Below are positions 39,014 through 48,148 of a stretch of 64,000 nucleotides of DNA, piece by piece; position 1 is the stretch's first letter, and each line of letters starts with the position of its first letter. The notes under the pieces are model-generated. The model was not told where the DNA came from. It saw only the letters and a program-made list of their open reading frames with translations, and searched no databases. The position numbers were made by a program, and so were the translations under genes. The stretch is from Candidatus Sumerlaeaceae bacterium. GTDB taxonomy: Bacteria > Sumerlaeota > Sumerlaeia > Sumerlaeales > Sumerlaeaceae. Location of the stretch: contig JBMFRB010000002.1 of the NCBI GenBank assembly GCA_049968255.1, positions 384,001-448,000 on the forward strand, in the 5' to 3' direction.

Positions 39014-39829
39014 TTACTGCTGCGGAACAAACATTCGGTGAAGCTGACGTCCAACGGGCAACGTGGCAGAAGTCATGGCTGAGTCGCCGACCGGTGGCCT
39101 CTGGTTTGAGGACATCGCGGGTTCATCTGCTGCCGTTTGCCCGGATGTTTGCACTCCAGACTGCGGCGCATCTGGCACCTCAGCCGCCAGTGCCAAACTT
39201 TTTGCTGCATTCGACGCGCGGAAATCATCTGTAGTCGCAAAGGTGGCTAAGCCTCCATGCTTCACATTCCAGTTTCGCAAATCACGTGAAGCAACAAAAG
39301 CATCGCCAATCGCTACGAGTGGAGATTTTCCGGGGACATTGAGCGTCATGCGGTAAAAACTATTTGCCTCAAATATTTGGGTTGCTGCTCGCCACGCGAG
39401 GTTTTCAGTTTCAATGATAACGGAAGCCGTTGTGGGATCGCTTTTCGCCGGAACCACGTGACGCACGTTCCCGGTCATTTCCATATCGCCTTTTTGGTGC
39501 TTTTTCGAGGCATCCCCAGCCAGATAAAACACTGCTGTTGTGGCACTCGTTTTAGCAGCAATCGTAGTGTCTCGATCACGACTTTCGATCCTCGGATGTG
39601 CAAGAACAAGCAATCCTTTGCCCTCGAATAATGTTCCTTCCGCGGCTAAAATACGGTTCTTTACGAGCGTGCCAGAAGTGACTTGCGCGTCAACGCCACG
39701 CAGCACAATGGCTTGGCGAGGATCATCGTTGGTGGCAGGGGCACTGCCTGTGACGAACTTCATCTCAGTGCATCCCGACGTGAGAAGCAACGCAGCGCCG
39801 GCCACTATTCGTGTCAGCCTCATCGACAT
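39014..39829 (-). CDS. LptC-like lipoprotein
   Basis: Lipobox LTSGC; MEMTGNV...IETENLAW pattern typical of LptC; adjacent to the LptA-like gene. Confidence 0.5.
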   Translation of the reverse strand: MSMRLTRIVAGAALLLTSGCTEMKFVTGSAPATNDDPRQAIVLRGVDAQVTSGTLVKNRILAAEGTLFEGKGLLVLAHPRIESRDRDTTIAAKTSATTAVFYLAGDASKKHQKGDMEMTGNVRHVVPAKSDPTTASVIIETENLAWRAATQIFEANSFYRMTLNVPGKSPLVAIGDAFVASRDLRNWNVKHGGLATFATTDDFRASNAAKSLALAAEVPDAPQSGVQTSGQTAADEPAMSSNQRPPVGDSAMTSATLPVGRQLHRMFVPQQ

Positions 39830-39965
39830 CTTTTCCAACTATACAGCCGAATGCATTTTGACTTGCAGGTTTCTTCCAGTTGAGGGCGCGAAAACCTATT
39901 GAACAGCCCTTGTGCTGCAAGGTAAACTTGGTAATAAGGCAAAGAAGGATTGGGAGCCGACGATC

Positions 39966-41201
39966 ATGCCAGAGTACACGTACGAGGCACTGGACAAAAG
40001 CGGCAAGCAGGTGAAGGGGATCATCGAGGCGAGCAGCGAAGACGTCATTATCGAAAAGCTGCGCAACATGGGCTACTACCCACTTAGCGTCACGCTGAAC
40101 AAGAAAAAAGCCGCCCAGGTCGACGTTCTCGCATTGCCCGGACTGCGAAACATCTTTCACCGCGTGAAAACGAAGCATGTCACGACTTTTACTCGCCAGT
40201 TGGCGACCTTGATCGATGCGGGATTGCCGATTGTGCGCTCGCTGCGCATCCTCGAGGAGCAGGTTGAGTCCGTCATCTTTAAAGAAGTCATCAAGAAGAT
40301 CGCCGACGACATCGAAGCAGGTTCCACATTGTCTGATGCACTGGCTAAACATCCGAAAATTTTCGACTCTCTTTACGTGAACATGGTCCGAGCTGGTGAG
40401 CTCGGCGGTGTGCTCGAAACAATCCTCAACAAAATTGCGGAATTCCTGGAAAAACGCCAGTACATCATTGGCAAAATCAAGTCGGCCATGATGTACCCGA
40501 TCATCGTGATGGTCTTGGCCACTGGCATCGTGGCGTTCATCCTCATCGTCATCATGCCGAAATTTGCCGAGATTTTCACCCAGCTTGGCGCAGAATTGCC
40601 ATGGCTTACCCAAACTCTCATCGATATCAGTTACATCCTGATGCATTATGCCCACTGGGTTGTCCTCGGCCTAATTCTGCTCGGCTGGATCATAAAGAAA
40701 ATCAATCAGACCAAAGAGGGAAAACTCGTCTTCGACACCATCAAACTCAAGTTGCCTGTTTTTGGTGAACTCTTTCGCAAATCGGCTATTGTCCGGTTCG
40801 CGAGCACCCTTGCAACGTTGATCACATCCGGAGTCCCCATTTTGCAGGCCCTCGATATCGTGCGGGAAACGAGCGGCAATGAGGTTGTGTCACGGGCAAT
40901 GGATGAAGTTTACGAGTCCGTGAAAGAAGGCGAGACCATCCATGAGCCTCTGAGCCGCTGCCCTGTTTTCCCACCGCTCGTGGTGCACATGGTGGCTGTC
41001 GGCGAAGAAACAGGTGCTATCGATCAGATGCTCAACAAAGTCGCAGAGGCTTACGAGCGTGAAGTAGACGATATGGTGAACGCGATGACGTCGCTGCTCG
41101 AGCCGTTATTGATTGTTTTCTTGGGCGTAATCGTCGGAGTAATCGTGGTGGCACTCTATCTCCCACTCTTCACCCTCCCGAAAGTTGTGGGAAAAGACTA
41201 A
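39966..41201 (+). CDS. pilC: Type IV pilus / T2SS inner membrane platform protein (PilC/GspF)
   Basis: FTRQLATLIDAG, MVRAGELGG, AMMYP, VGEETG, LLEP, YLPLF. Confidence 0.94.
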   Translation: MPEYTYEALDKSGKQVKGIIEASSEDVIIEKLRNMGYYPLSVTLNKKKAAQVDVLALPGLRNIFHRVKTKHVTTFTRQLATLIDAGLPIVRSLRILEEQVESVIFKEVIKKIADDIEAGSTLSDALAKHPKIFDSLYVNMVRAGELGGVLETILNKIAEFLEKRQYIIGKIKSAMMYPIIVMVLATGIVAFILIVIMPKFAEIFTQLGAELPWLTQTLIDISYILMHYAHWVVLGLILLGWIIKKINQTKEGKLVFDTIKLKLPVFGELFRKSAIVRFASTLATLITSGVPILQALDIVRETSGNEVVSRAMDEVYESVKEGETIHEPLSRCPVFPPLVVHMVAVGEETGAIDQMLNKVAEAYEREVDDMVNAMTSLLEPLLIVFLGVIVGVIVVALYLPLFTLPKVVGKD

Positions 41202-41225
41202 GTGGGGACTCGTGCAAAAAATTCA

Positions 41226-41302
41226 TGGCGTGCCCAGGAGGACTTGAACCCCCAACCTACAGATCCGTAGTCTGTCGCTCTATCCAATTGAGCTATGGGC
41301 AC
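41226..41302 (-). tRNA. tRNA-Arg(ACG)
   Basis: Minus strand GTGCCCATAGCTCAATTGGATAGAGCGACAGACTACGGATCTGTAGGTTGGGGGTTCAAGTCCTCCTGGGCACGCCA: 7-bp acceptor stem, ACG anticodon loop, TTC loop, CCA end. Confidence 0.97.
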
Positions 41303-41375
41303 GCACCTGCGCGCGGCCATTTCGTGGCAGCGCCATATTTTACTCGATTTTTGACCTAACTATTCATCGACAACT

Positions 41376-42879
41376 GTGAGCATGAAATCGTCTGCTCTAT
41401 CCGCCAGCAACGAAGACGTGCTGAAGCACCTTGGTCCATCTCGTCATATGGGCTGGAAAGGGCTACTGGTGGGCTTGGTTGCCGTGCTTTGGTTCTCAGT
41501 TGGCATTTGGAGAGGGCTGACTGTAGATGAGTACACGACGTGGGACAATACACGAAAGCCGCTGCATGCGCTTGTGGAGAATCGGTTCCGCGCGGGGCAT
41601 GTTCCAACCTTCTTTATTCTGGAATACACGTGGGTCCGCCTCGCAGGCGATTCCGAAATCGCCTTGCGGGCTCCTTCGGTTTTATTAGCGGCAGTATCAG
41701 CAAGCTTCGTATTTCTTTTCGTATCGTCAGCTCTATCCCCCTACTTCGGGGCGCTGGTCACCGTGCTCTATGTCACGAATCAGGTTACGGTTTGGTGTGC
41801 ACAAAACGCCCGTCCTTATGCGGCAATACTGTGTGCTGCAGCCGGGATTGTGTGGTGCCTGCAGCAATGGTTTGCTCGTCGCAGCCGTAACTATCTTTTT
41901 CTTGCTGTGATTTTTGTGGTGTTGGGAATGTCCTTTTACGCGGCATTTGGCCTCAGCGTACTGGCTCTCATGTGTGCAGTCATTGTGAGCAGAGTTCCGG
42001 GAGTGCAAAAGAGGGATGGTGTGATCGCGCTCGTCATTCCCCTCGTTCTGATGTTTGGTCCGACGCTTGTTCTCGCTATCCGCCAAGAAAAGTTCACTGA
42101 AGTTGGCACTGAACCATTTCAGTTTGATCTGCGCCAGCCATTTTTCCTATTGGCGCGCGTTGTTTTCGGCGATTATCGCCTTTGGGCACGTGGCGCTATG
42201 CGATGGCTGAATCTGCTTTTATTCGTTACTCTCTTTTACGGCGCATGGCAGGAAGTCTCTCGCCTGAAAAACGGCTCCTGGAAAGTTTGGTTCGACAATT
42301 ACGGGCTGCTTGCGTGGCTTGGAGTGCCACTTAATAGGACTCGCGATGACAGAAACCATCACGGCCTCAAACGTCCTAAGCCATCCCCGATATCTTGTTC
42401 ATATTTTATTGCCTATTAGCTTCATTACCGCCCTTGGGATTTCTTATTATGCTAATGTTTTATCAAGTTTTCTGAACATTAGACACATTTTTCGGCTGTT
42501 GACCGGGGTGATTCTCTCTCTCAATCTCACAAGCACAATCGCATGGATTCGTACTGACGGCGACGGCCCTCACACACTCGCGCCCAAGCTCCTGCGTGCA
42601 GCTTCCCACTCCGCTGCTGTTGCGGGAACAACGTTGCCACTTGAGTACGAATGGCGAAAATTACCACATCCCCCCCTTGTGCCGGTTTATGGGCTGAATG
42701 CTGCGGAACTTGATGCGATAATCTCGGCGATGCTAAGCCGAGGCGAAATCTGGCTGTTCATTTACGACAACCACCGCACGATTCTTGATGACTATGTTGC
42801 GAGGGAAAACGGTAACAGCCACTTAGTTGTACGTGGGCTGAAAGAGAAAGACGCGCGGGCTTTCCTCTTGCAACCCTAG
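41376..42879 (+). pseudogene. GT-C (GT39/GT83-like) membrane glycosyltransferase split by a +1 frameshift near 42330
   Basis: ORF 41376-42419 (TVDE, GHVP, LRAPS, ARPY) continues in the +1 frame ORF ending 42879 (HPRYL); joined length ~500 aa matches the two intact paralogs. Confidence 0.75.
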
Positions 42880-42956
42880 CTGAAAGAGAAGCAAGTCGCT
42901 ACGGGTGATGACTGCTTTGTTTCATCCCCCAAAATCTTTTGCGGAGTCAAGAACGT

Positions 42957-44069
42957 ATGCCAAACGTCCCATTCGTTGACCTTTATCCACAATACGCCGA
43001 ACTGAAAAACGAAATTGATGCCGCAGTTGAGCGGGCAATCAAAACATCTTCATTCATCGGGGGAAAGCCTGTCTCAGATTTCGAAAAAGATCTTGCTGCA
43101 TCGGTTGGCACCCAGTATGCAGTGGGAGTCGCTAATGCCACGTCCGCACTGTGGATGACTCTCAAGGCTCTCGGCGTTGGGCCGGACGACGAGGTGATTA
43201 CGACGCCGCTAACGGCCTTTCCAACGGCGGAGGCAATTATGCTCAATGGCGCAACGGTGGTTTTTGCTGACATTGACCAAGAAACGTTCCAGATCTCCCC
43301 TTCAGAAATTGAACGGAAAATCACATCTCGCACTAAGGGCATCGTACCGGTTCATCTTTATGGAATACCAGTAAATCTGCCCCGCATCCTTGAGATTGCT
43401 AATAGCAGGAATATCCCTGTAGTTGAAGACTGCGCACAAGCGCAGGGTGCAGAAATTGGGCAAAACCGCGTCGGCAGCATGGGAGTGGCCGGATGTTTCT
43501 CTTTCTTCCCATCAAAAAACTTGGGATGCTGGGGTGATGGCGGGGCACTGTGTACAAACGACGAGAATGTAGCGCGCTTTGTGCGAATGTTTTCAAACCA
43601 CGGCCGTTTGGAAAAATTTACTCACGAGATTCCCGGGGCCAATGAGCGCCTTGATGCCCTCCATGCAGCGGTTCTGCGGATCAAACTCACGAAGCTTGAC
43701 GAGTGGAACGCTAAGCGTCGCGCGATTGCGGACTTTTACTCGGAAAAACTCGCGCACATCGAAGAAGTGCGAACGCCGAAAACATACCCCAACACAACTC
43801 CCGTCTGGCACCTGTATGTTATTCGCGCTAAAGAACGCGACAAGCTAGCGAAATATCTCAAAGAGAAAGGAATTGGGACGGGCCTGCATTACCCATTGCC
43901 GCTGCATTTGCAACCTGCCATGGGCGGAGAACAGCGGCGCGGCGAGCTGCCTGTGGTCGAAAAAACGACCGAAGAAATTCTCTCGTTGCCAATGTACCCA
44001 CACATGCCGATCGAAGCAGCACAGCAGGTGGTCCAGGAGATCGAGAATTTCTACGCGAAGAAATCATAG
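42957..44069 (+). CDS. DegT/DnrJ/EryC1/StrS sugar aminotransferase
   Basis: VHLYG, EDCAQAQG, SFFPSKNLG.WGDGG, HYP.PLH. Confidence 0.93.
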   Translation: MPNVPFVDLYPQYAELKNEIDAAVERAIKTSSFIGGKPVSDFEKDLAASVGTQYAVGVANATSALWMTLKALGVGPDDEVITTPLTAFPTAEAIMLNGATVVFADIDQETFQISPSEIERKITSRTKGIVPVHLYGIPVNLPRILEIANSRNIPVVEDCAQAQGAEIGQNRVGSMGVAGCFSFFPSKNLGCWGDGGALCTNDENVARFVRMFSNHGRLEKFTHEIPGANERLDALHAAVLRIKLTKLDEWNAKRRAIADFYSEKLAHIEEVRTPKTYPNTTPVWHLYVIRAKERDKLAKYLKEKGIGTGLHYPLPLHLQPAMGGEQRRGELPVVEKTTEEILSLPMYPHMPIEAAQQVVQEIENFYAKKS

Positions 44070-44170
44070 CTCCCTGCGGTTGGTTGGGCCCGCTTCAGGA
44101 GCGTTGCGGGGCAAGACGAGTCTCCTAGTGTTTGCAAACTCGCAACAAGCATAATAGGAAATCATCGGCT

Positions 44171-44908
44171 ATGAACAGTTCTCGTGTAGAAATCTCGGTT
44201 GTGGTGCCGTGTTTCAACGAAGAAGACAATATTGAGCCACTCCTTCGGGAGTTAGAAACAGTTCTAGGCAAAACAGGGAAGCCGTTCGAAATTATCTACG
44301 TGGATGATTGCAGCACAGATCACTCGCTCGCACGTCTCCTTGCAGCACGCAGGTCTCGTCCTTTCCTGCGCGTCGTGAGGCACAAACGTAATCTTGGCGA
44401 AAGTGCCGCCATTCTGTCCGGGTATGAAGTAGCTCATGGTGCGATTGTGTTTTCGATGGACGCAGATCTACAGAATGATCCAGCCGACATACCGCAGTTT
44501 TTAGCTGCGCTCGAGCAGGCGGACGCTGTGTGTGGTGTACGGGCTAAGCGGGAAGACTCGTGGTCCAAGCGCATGTCTTCGCGGGTGGCGAACAAGGTCC
44601 GTGGGTTTTTGCTCAAGGATGAGATCCACGATGCTGGCTGCACATACCGAGCCATTCGTCGTGAAGCGCTTGTGCAGCTCATCGGGTTCCGCGGCCTGCA
44701 CCGATTTATCCCGACGATCCTAAAATACCATGGCTTTCGCGTTGTGGAGATCAGCGTGAATCACCGGCCCCGTGCGCGTGGTTACTCGAAATATGGAATC
44801 GGCAACAGACTTTGGGTCGGCATTCTCGACCTCATCGGAATGATGTGGTACAGAACACGTTTCTTCCCACCCCATCGGGCGGAAGAAATCATGCCGGAGG
44901 CGGAATGA
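44171..44908 (+). CDS. GT2 polyprenol-phosphate glycosyltransferase (ArnC/DPM1-like)
   Basis: VVPCFNEE, VDDCSTD, MDADLQNDP, DAGC, HRFIP, HRPR..G.SKY. Confidence 0.9.
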   Translation: MNSSRVEISVVVPCFNEEDNIEPLLRELETVLGKTGKPFEIIYVDDCSTDHSLARLLAARRSRPFLRVVRHKRNLGESAAILSGYEVAHGAIVFSMDADLQNDPADIPQFLAALEQADAVCGVRAKREDSWSKRMSSRVANKVRGFLLKDEIHDAGCTYRAIRREALVQLIGFRGLHRFIPTILKYHGFRVVEISVNHRPRARGYSKYGIGNRLWVGILDLIGMMWYRTRFFPPHRAEEIMPEAE

Positions 44909-45630
44909 CGCCATCCAAGCCCAAACAGCGTTGGCTGAAGGATGCATTGCGCATTTTGTTGGTCGCAGCTATTTTCGGTACCACTGCGTACGTTTTGAGT
45001 TTGCCCCAGGTGCGCACGGAATTTTTCGACGTTGCTCACGTGCGAAATCTCATTCAGTCGCGTGGGCAGACTGGATTGCTTCTTTTCATTGCCGTGGCAG
45101 CCCTGGTTATTGGCCTCGGAGTTCCACGTCTGTGGGTAAGCGCTCTAGCAGGGGGCCTATTCGGCGCATCAATGGGGACGGTCGTGGGCCAACTTGCTTC
45201 AACTTTAGGAGCGATCATAACCTTTTACATTGCGCGCTTCATTTTGCGAAGCGTGTTGGTGCGCCGAATGCCGCCCCGCATGCGGGTATGGTATGATCGC
45301 ATTAATCGGCGTGGTTTTTTCTGGCTTTTCTATATTCGGCTTTTTCCCTTCGCGAACGCGACGGTGACAAACCTCATTGGAGGCGTTTCGCAGGTCTCGC
45401 TGGGCACTTTTCTCATTGCGACGTTCCTGGGTTACCTCCCTGAGACAATTATTTTTGCTATTTTTGGCAGCTCTGCGGCAAAAAAGGATTCCGTTCAGTT
45501 TGCCATCGCCTTCGGCGCGTTGGTTGTGTTTCTCGCCATCGAGCGGACTTGGCAATACCTTAGGAAACGGCGAGGAGCTTTGGCGCAAGAGGAAGAACTC
45601 GCCGAAACACAGAATTTGGAGGAGGTTTGA
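44905..45630 (+). CDS. TVP38/TMEM64 (DedA/SNARE-associated) membrane protein
   Basis: GGLFG...GA...FYIAR, RLFPF...N..G, FLIATFLG.LP. Confidence 0.85.
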   Translation: MTPSKPKQRWLKDALRILLVAAIFGTTAYVLSLPQVRTEFFDVAHVRNLIQSRGQTGLLLFIAVAALVIGLGVPRLWVSALAGGLFGASMGTVVGQLASTLGAIITFYIARFILRSVLVRRMPPRMRVWYDRINRRGFFWLFYIRLFPFANATVTNLIGGVSQVSLGTFLIATFLGYLPETIIFAIFGSSAAKKDSVQFAIAFGALVVFLAIERTWQYLRKRRGALAQEEELAETQNLEEV

Positions 45631-45633
45631 GAC

Positions 45634-46623
45634 ATGGGTGAGATTCGTTTGGCAGTGGTTGGTTGCGGGCTCATGGGGCAGCGTCACGCCGACATTATCC
45701 GCTCAACACCTGGGCTGCGTCTCACAGCTGTTTTTGATACCGATCGTGCCAGAGCCGAAAAAGCAGCTGGCAACGCGCGTATTGCTGGCTCATACGATGA
45801 TATCCTTAGCAGTGGAGACGTGGACGGCGTTGTGCTAGCGCTGCCGAGTTTTCTTCATGTTGAATACGGCATCAAGGCAGCTACGGCCCGCAAACATGTG
45901 ATCTTGGAGAAGCCGATCTCCATAGATGTCGAATCGGGAGAACAATTGATCGCAGCATGCAAGCAGGCTGGCGTATTCTGCGCCGTTATAAGTCAGAATC
46001 GTTTCTCGGATGGTCATGCTGCCTTGCACAACGCGTTACGTCGTGGCGATTTGGGAGAACCCATATTGGTGCGGGGATCGGTCAAGTGGTTTCGTCATGA
46101 TGAATACTATACACAAAGTGACTGGCGTGGACGTGTGCAGGGGGAAGGCGGCGGCGTGTTGATGAACCAGGCGACCCACACGCTCGACCTGATGCTCTGG
46201 TTTTTTGGAGTGCCACAGGTCGTAGCTGGGCTAACGAGTAGCACGCGAGCGGTGCTCGAGACTGAAGACGTCGGCGTAGCGATGTTTCGTTTCGGCCCGC
46301 GTTGCGTAGGGACTTTTGAGGCGACAACAAGCGCCTTTCCTGGATTTGAAGAACGGGTAGAAGTCCATGGTCCCCTTGCGTCGTGTATTGTCGAAAAGGG
46401 GAAAATGATATACTGGAAACACGCAAAAGAGGTGGCGCAGCCATTGCCGCCGGTTTTCGAAGAGCCCACGCCAGGACTTGATCCCAAATACGTGCTTTTC
46501 CAACGGCAATACCGGAACATCATCAAGGCTATGCGCGGAGAAGAACCATTGCTTGTCACGCCAGAGCAAGCCCTCGATGTGGTACGTGTAACACGGGCCA
46601 TCTATACAAACCAACCGTCGTGA
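45634..46623 (+). CDS. Gfo/Idh/MocA oxidoreductase (nucleotide-sugar 3-dehydrogenase-like)
   Basis: GCGLMG, EKP, QNRF, WRG, GGGVLMNQATHTLD. Confidence 0.88.
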   Translation: MGEIRLAVVGCGLMGQRHADIIRSTPGLRLTAVFDTDRARAEKAAGNARIAGSYDDILSSGDVDGVVLALPSFLHVEYGIKAATARKHVILEKPISIDVESGEQLIAACKQAGVFCAVISQNRFSDGHAALHNALRRGDLGEPILVRGSVKWFRHDEYYTQSDWRGRVQGEGGGVLMNQATHTLDLMLWFFGVPQVVAGLTSSTRAVLETEDVGVAMFRFGPRCVGTFEATTSAFPGFEERVEVHGPLASCIVEKGKMIYWKHAKEVAQPLPPVFEEPTPGLDPKYVLFQRQYRNIIKAMRGEEPLLVTPEQALDVVRVTRAIYTNQPS

Positions 46624-46648
46624 CACTCCCTTCGTTGCGCGGCAAATT

Positions 46649-48148
46649 ATGACAAACTCGTGGTCTCGTGATCCGCTGTGGACAATCGCAGTAGTGGCGT
46701 GTGTTGGTGCTGGGGTGGTGTGTGCCGCACACCTTGCGTATTCAGGCCTCTGGATTGACGAAATCTATACGCTCCACGCCATTGCACTCCCGTGGAAGGA
46801 GATGATCATCGAGCGCCTGTCGCGGGGCCATTTCCCCCTGTATTTCACACTTATGAAGGTGTGGATGGGCCTCTGGCCAACACCCTCAGAAGTGGTCTTG
46901 CGTTTACCTTCGCTCTTTTTTTGGCTCGTGTCTATTTGCACGTTCGCCTTGGTTCTGCGCAATGAAGCAAGCCCGCGCGCTGCACCCTTTGTGCTGGTTT
47001 TTCTTGCACTCAACGGACTCGGCCTGCGCCAAGCAAGCGAAGCGCGAATGTACACACTGGCGCTTTTCCTGGCGGTATGCTACACAGCCTCTTATCTTCA
47101 CGTTGCGCGCCATGATAGAAGTCGAATTACACGCGTCGGGCTCATCCTTATTCCGGTCCTTGGTTTTTGGGCTACCAGCACGTTTGTCCTCACTGTAGCC
47201 AGTTTCCTCTTCGACGCGATACGCCGGCGGAATCGATTGCTGCTTTGGCTCATTTCGCTCAGCCTTGTGCTGACATCGCTCACAGCTGTTGCTCCCCTCT
47301 TTGTTCATGCTGCAACCCGCGAACGATCCGAAATTGCCCACGTCCCGCCATCAGTGTTGCTGCTGCACCTTGTCACTTTTCTAACCGGGATCCTTGGGTG
47401 GGAGGATTATTACACCATTTATTCTCCGCTTGTAGTTCTGCAAATCATCGGAGCTGTAGAAGCTGTCATCTTATTAGCTTATGCTTTACGAAGGTGGGAT
47501 GACCTTCCCGAGCCAGCCAAAACCGGCTTCGGTGTGACAATGTTTCCCCTCGCCATAATGGTCGCCACTTGGGCCTTGGCGAAAGGTTTAGGCATCGGCA
47601 CTGCGCTGCATGGACCTGCTCGCTATCTGATCGGCTCATTGCCAGCTGCTGCCATCTTTTCTGGGTCTGTCTTGAACATGGCTTGCAAAACGCACAAGCA
47701 ACGGCTTGTCGTATTTCTAGGCGTGACCTCCATTCTCCTCCTGAATGCATTTACTGTAGCTCGCGTGTCTTTGGAATCCCCCCGCGAGCTCCTTGTTCGG
47801 TATTTCGCACCTCGTTGGCGGAGTAGCGACGCCGTCGTGGTCGTTCCCGAGCAGGCCAGAGAAGCTGTCAAGATGTACGTGCCCCAGGTAAAGATTGACG
47901 AAACTTTGCCGCGAAACCTGTCCGAGGCCGATGTACGTGCGAGGCTCGCCCAGTTTATCGGCCGCAGCCGATTGTGGTTGATCTGGATTCACGGCAAATC
48001 TTCGTGCGCCGTGGCTGTTGCGGATCAACTCTTTGGCCGAGGGCTTTCCTCGTCGCCGCACCGTTATCTTGGCGAGCGACGAGTTTTTCTTTACGAGGCG
48101 TCACAAGCACCAGCAGAACAGGTGCACGGGAACCGGAATGGACAATGA
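46649..48148 (+). CDS. GT-C (GT39/GT83-like) membrane glycosyltransferase
   Basis: LWIDE, GHFPLYF, LRLPS, EARMY, ARYL; multiple TM segments plus C-terminal periplasmic domain. Confidence 0.85.
   Translation: MTNSWSRDPLWTIAVVACVGAGVVCAAHLAYSGLWIDEIYTLHAIALPWKEMIIERLSRGHFPLYFTLMKVWMGLWPTPSEVVLRLPSLFFWLVSICTFALVLRNEASPRAAPFVLVFLALNGLGLRQASEARMYTLALFLAVCYTASYLHVARHDRSRITRVGLILIPVLGFWATSTFVLTVASFLFDAIRRRNRLLLWLISLSLVLTSLTAVAPLFVHAATRERSEIAHVPPSVLLLHLVTFLTGILGWEDYYTIYSPLVVLQIIGAVEAVILLAYALRRWDDLPEPAKTGFGVTMFPLAIMVATWALAKGLGIGTALHGPARYLIGSLPAAAIFSGSVLNMACKTHKQRLVVFLGVTSILLLNAFTVARVSLESPRELLVRYFAPRWRSSDAVVVVPEQAREAVKMYVPQVKIDETLPRNLSEADVRARLAQFIGRSRLWLIWIHGKSSCAVAVADQLFGRGLSSSPHRYLGERRVFLYEASQAPAEQVHGNRNGQ

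Noticed and set aside
39765-40655. 296-aa antisense ORF
   Set aside because: Shadow of pilC caused by codon bias; no recognisable motifs.
42881-42924. Imperfect hairpin between GT-C(1) and the aminotransferase
   Set aside because: Weak, bulged stem with no clear U-tract; cannot be called a terminator or ncRNA.
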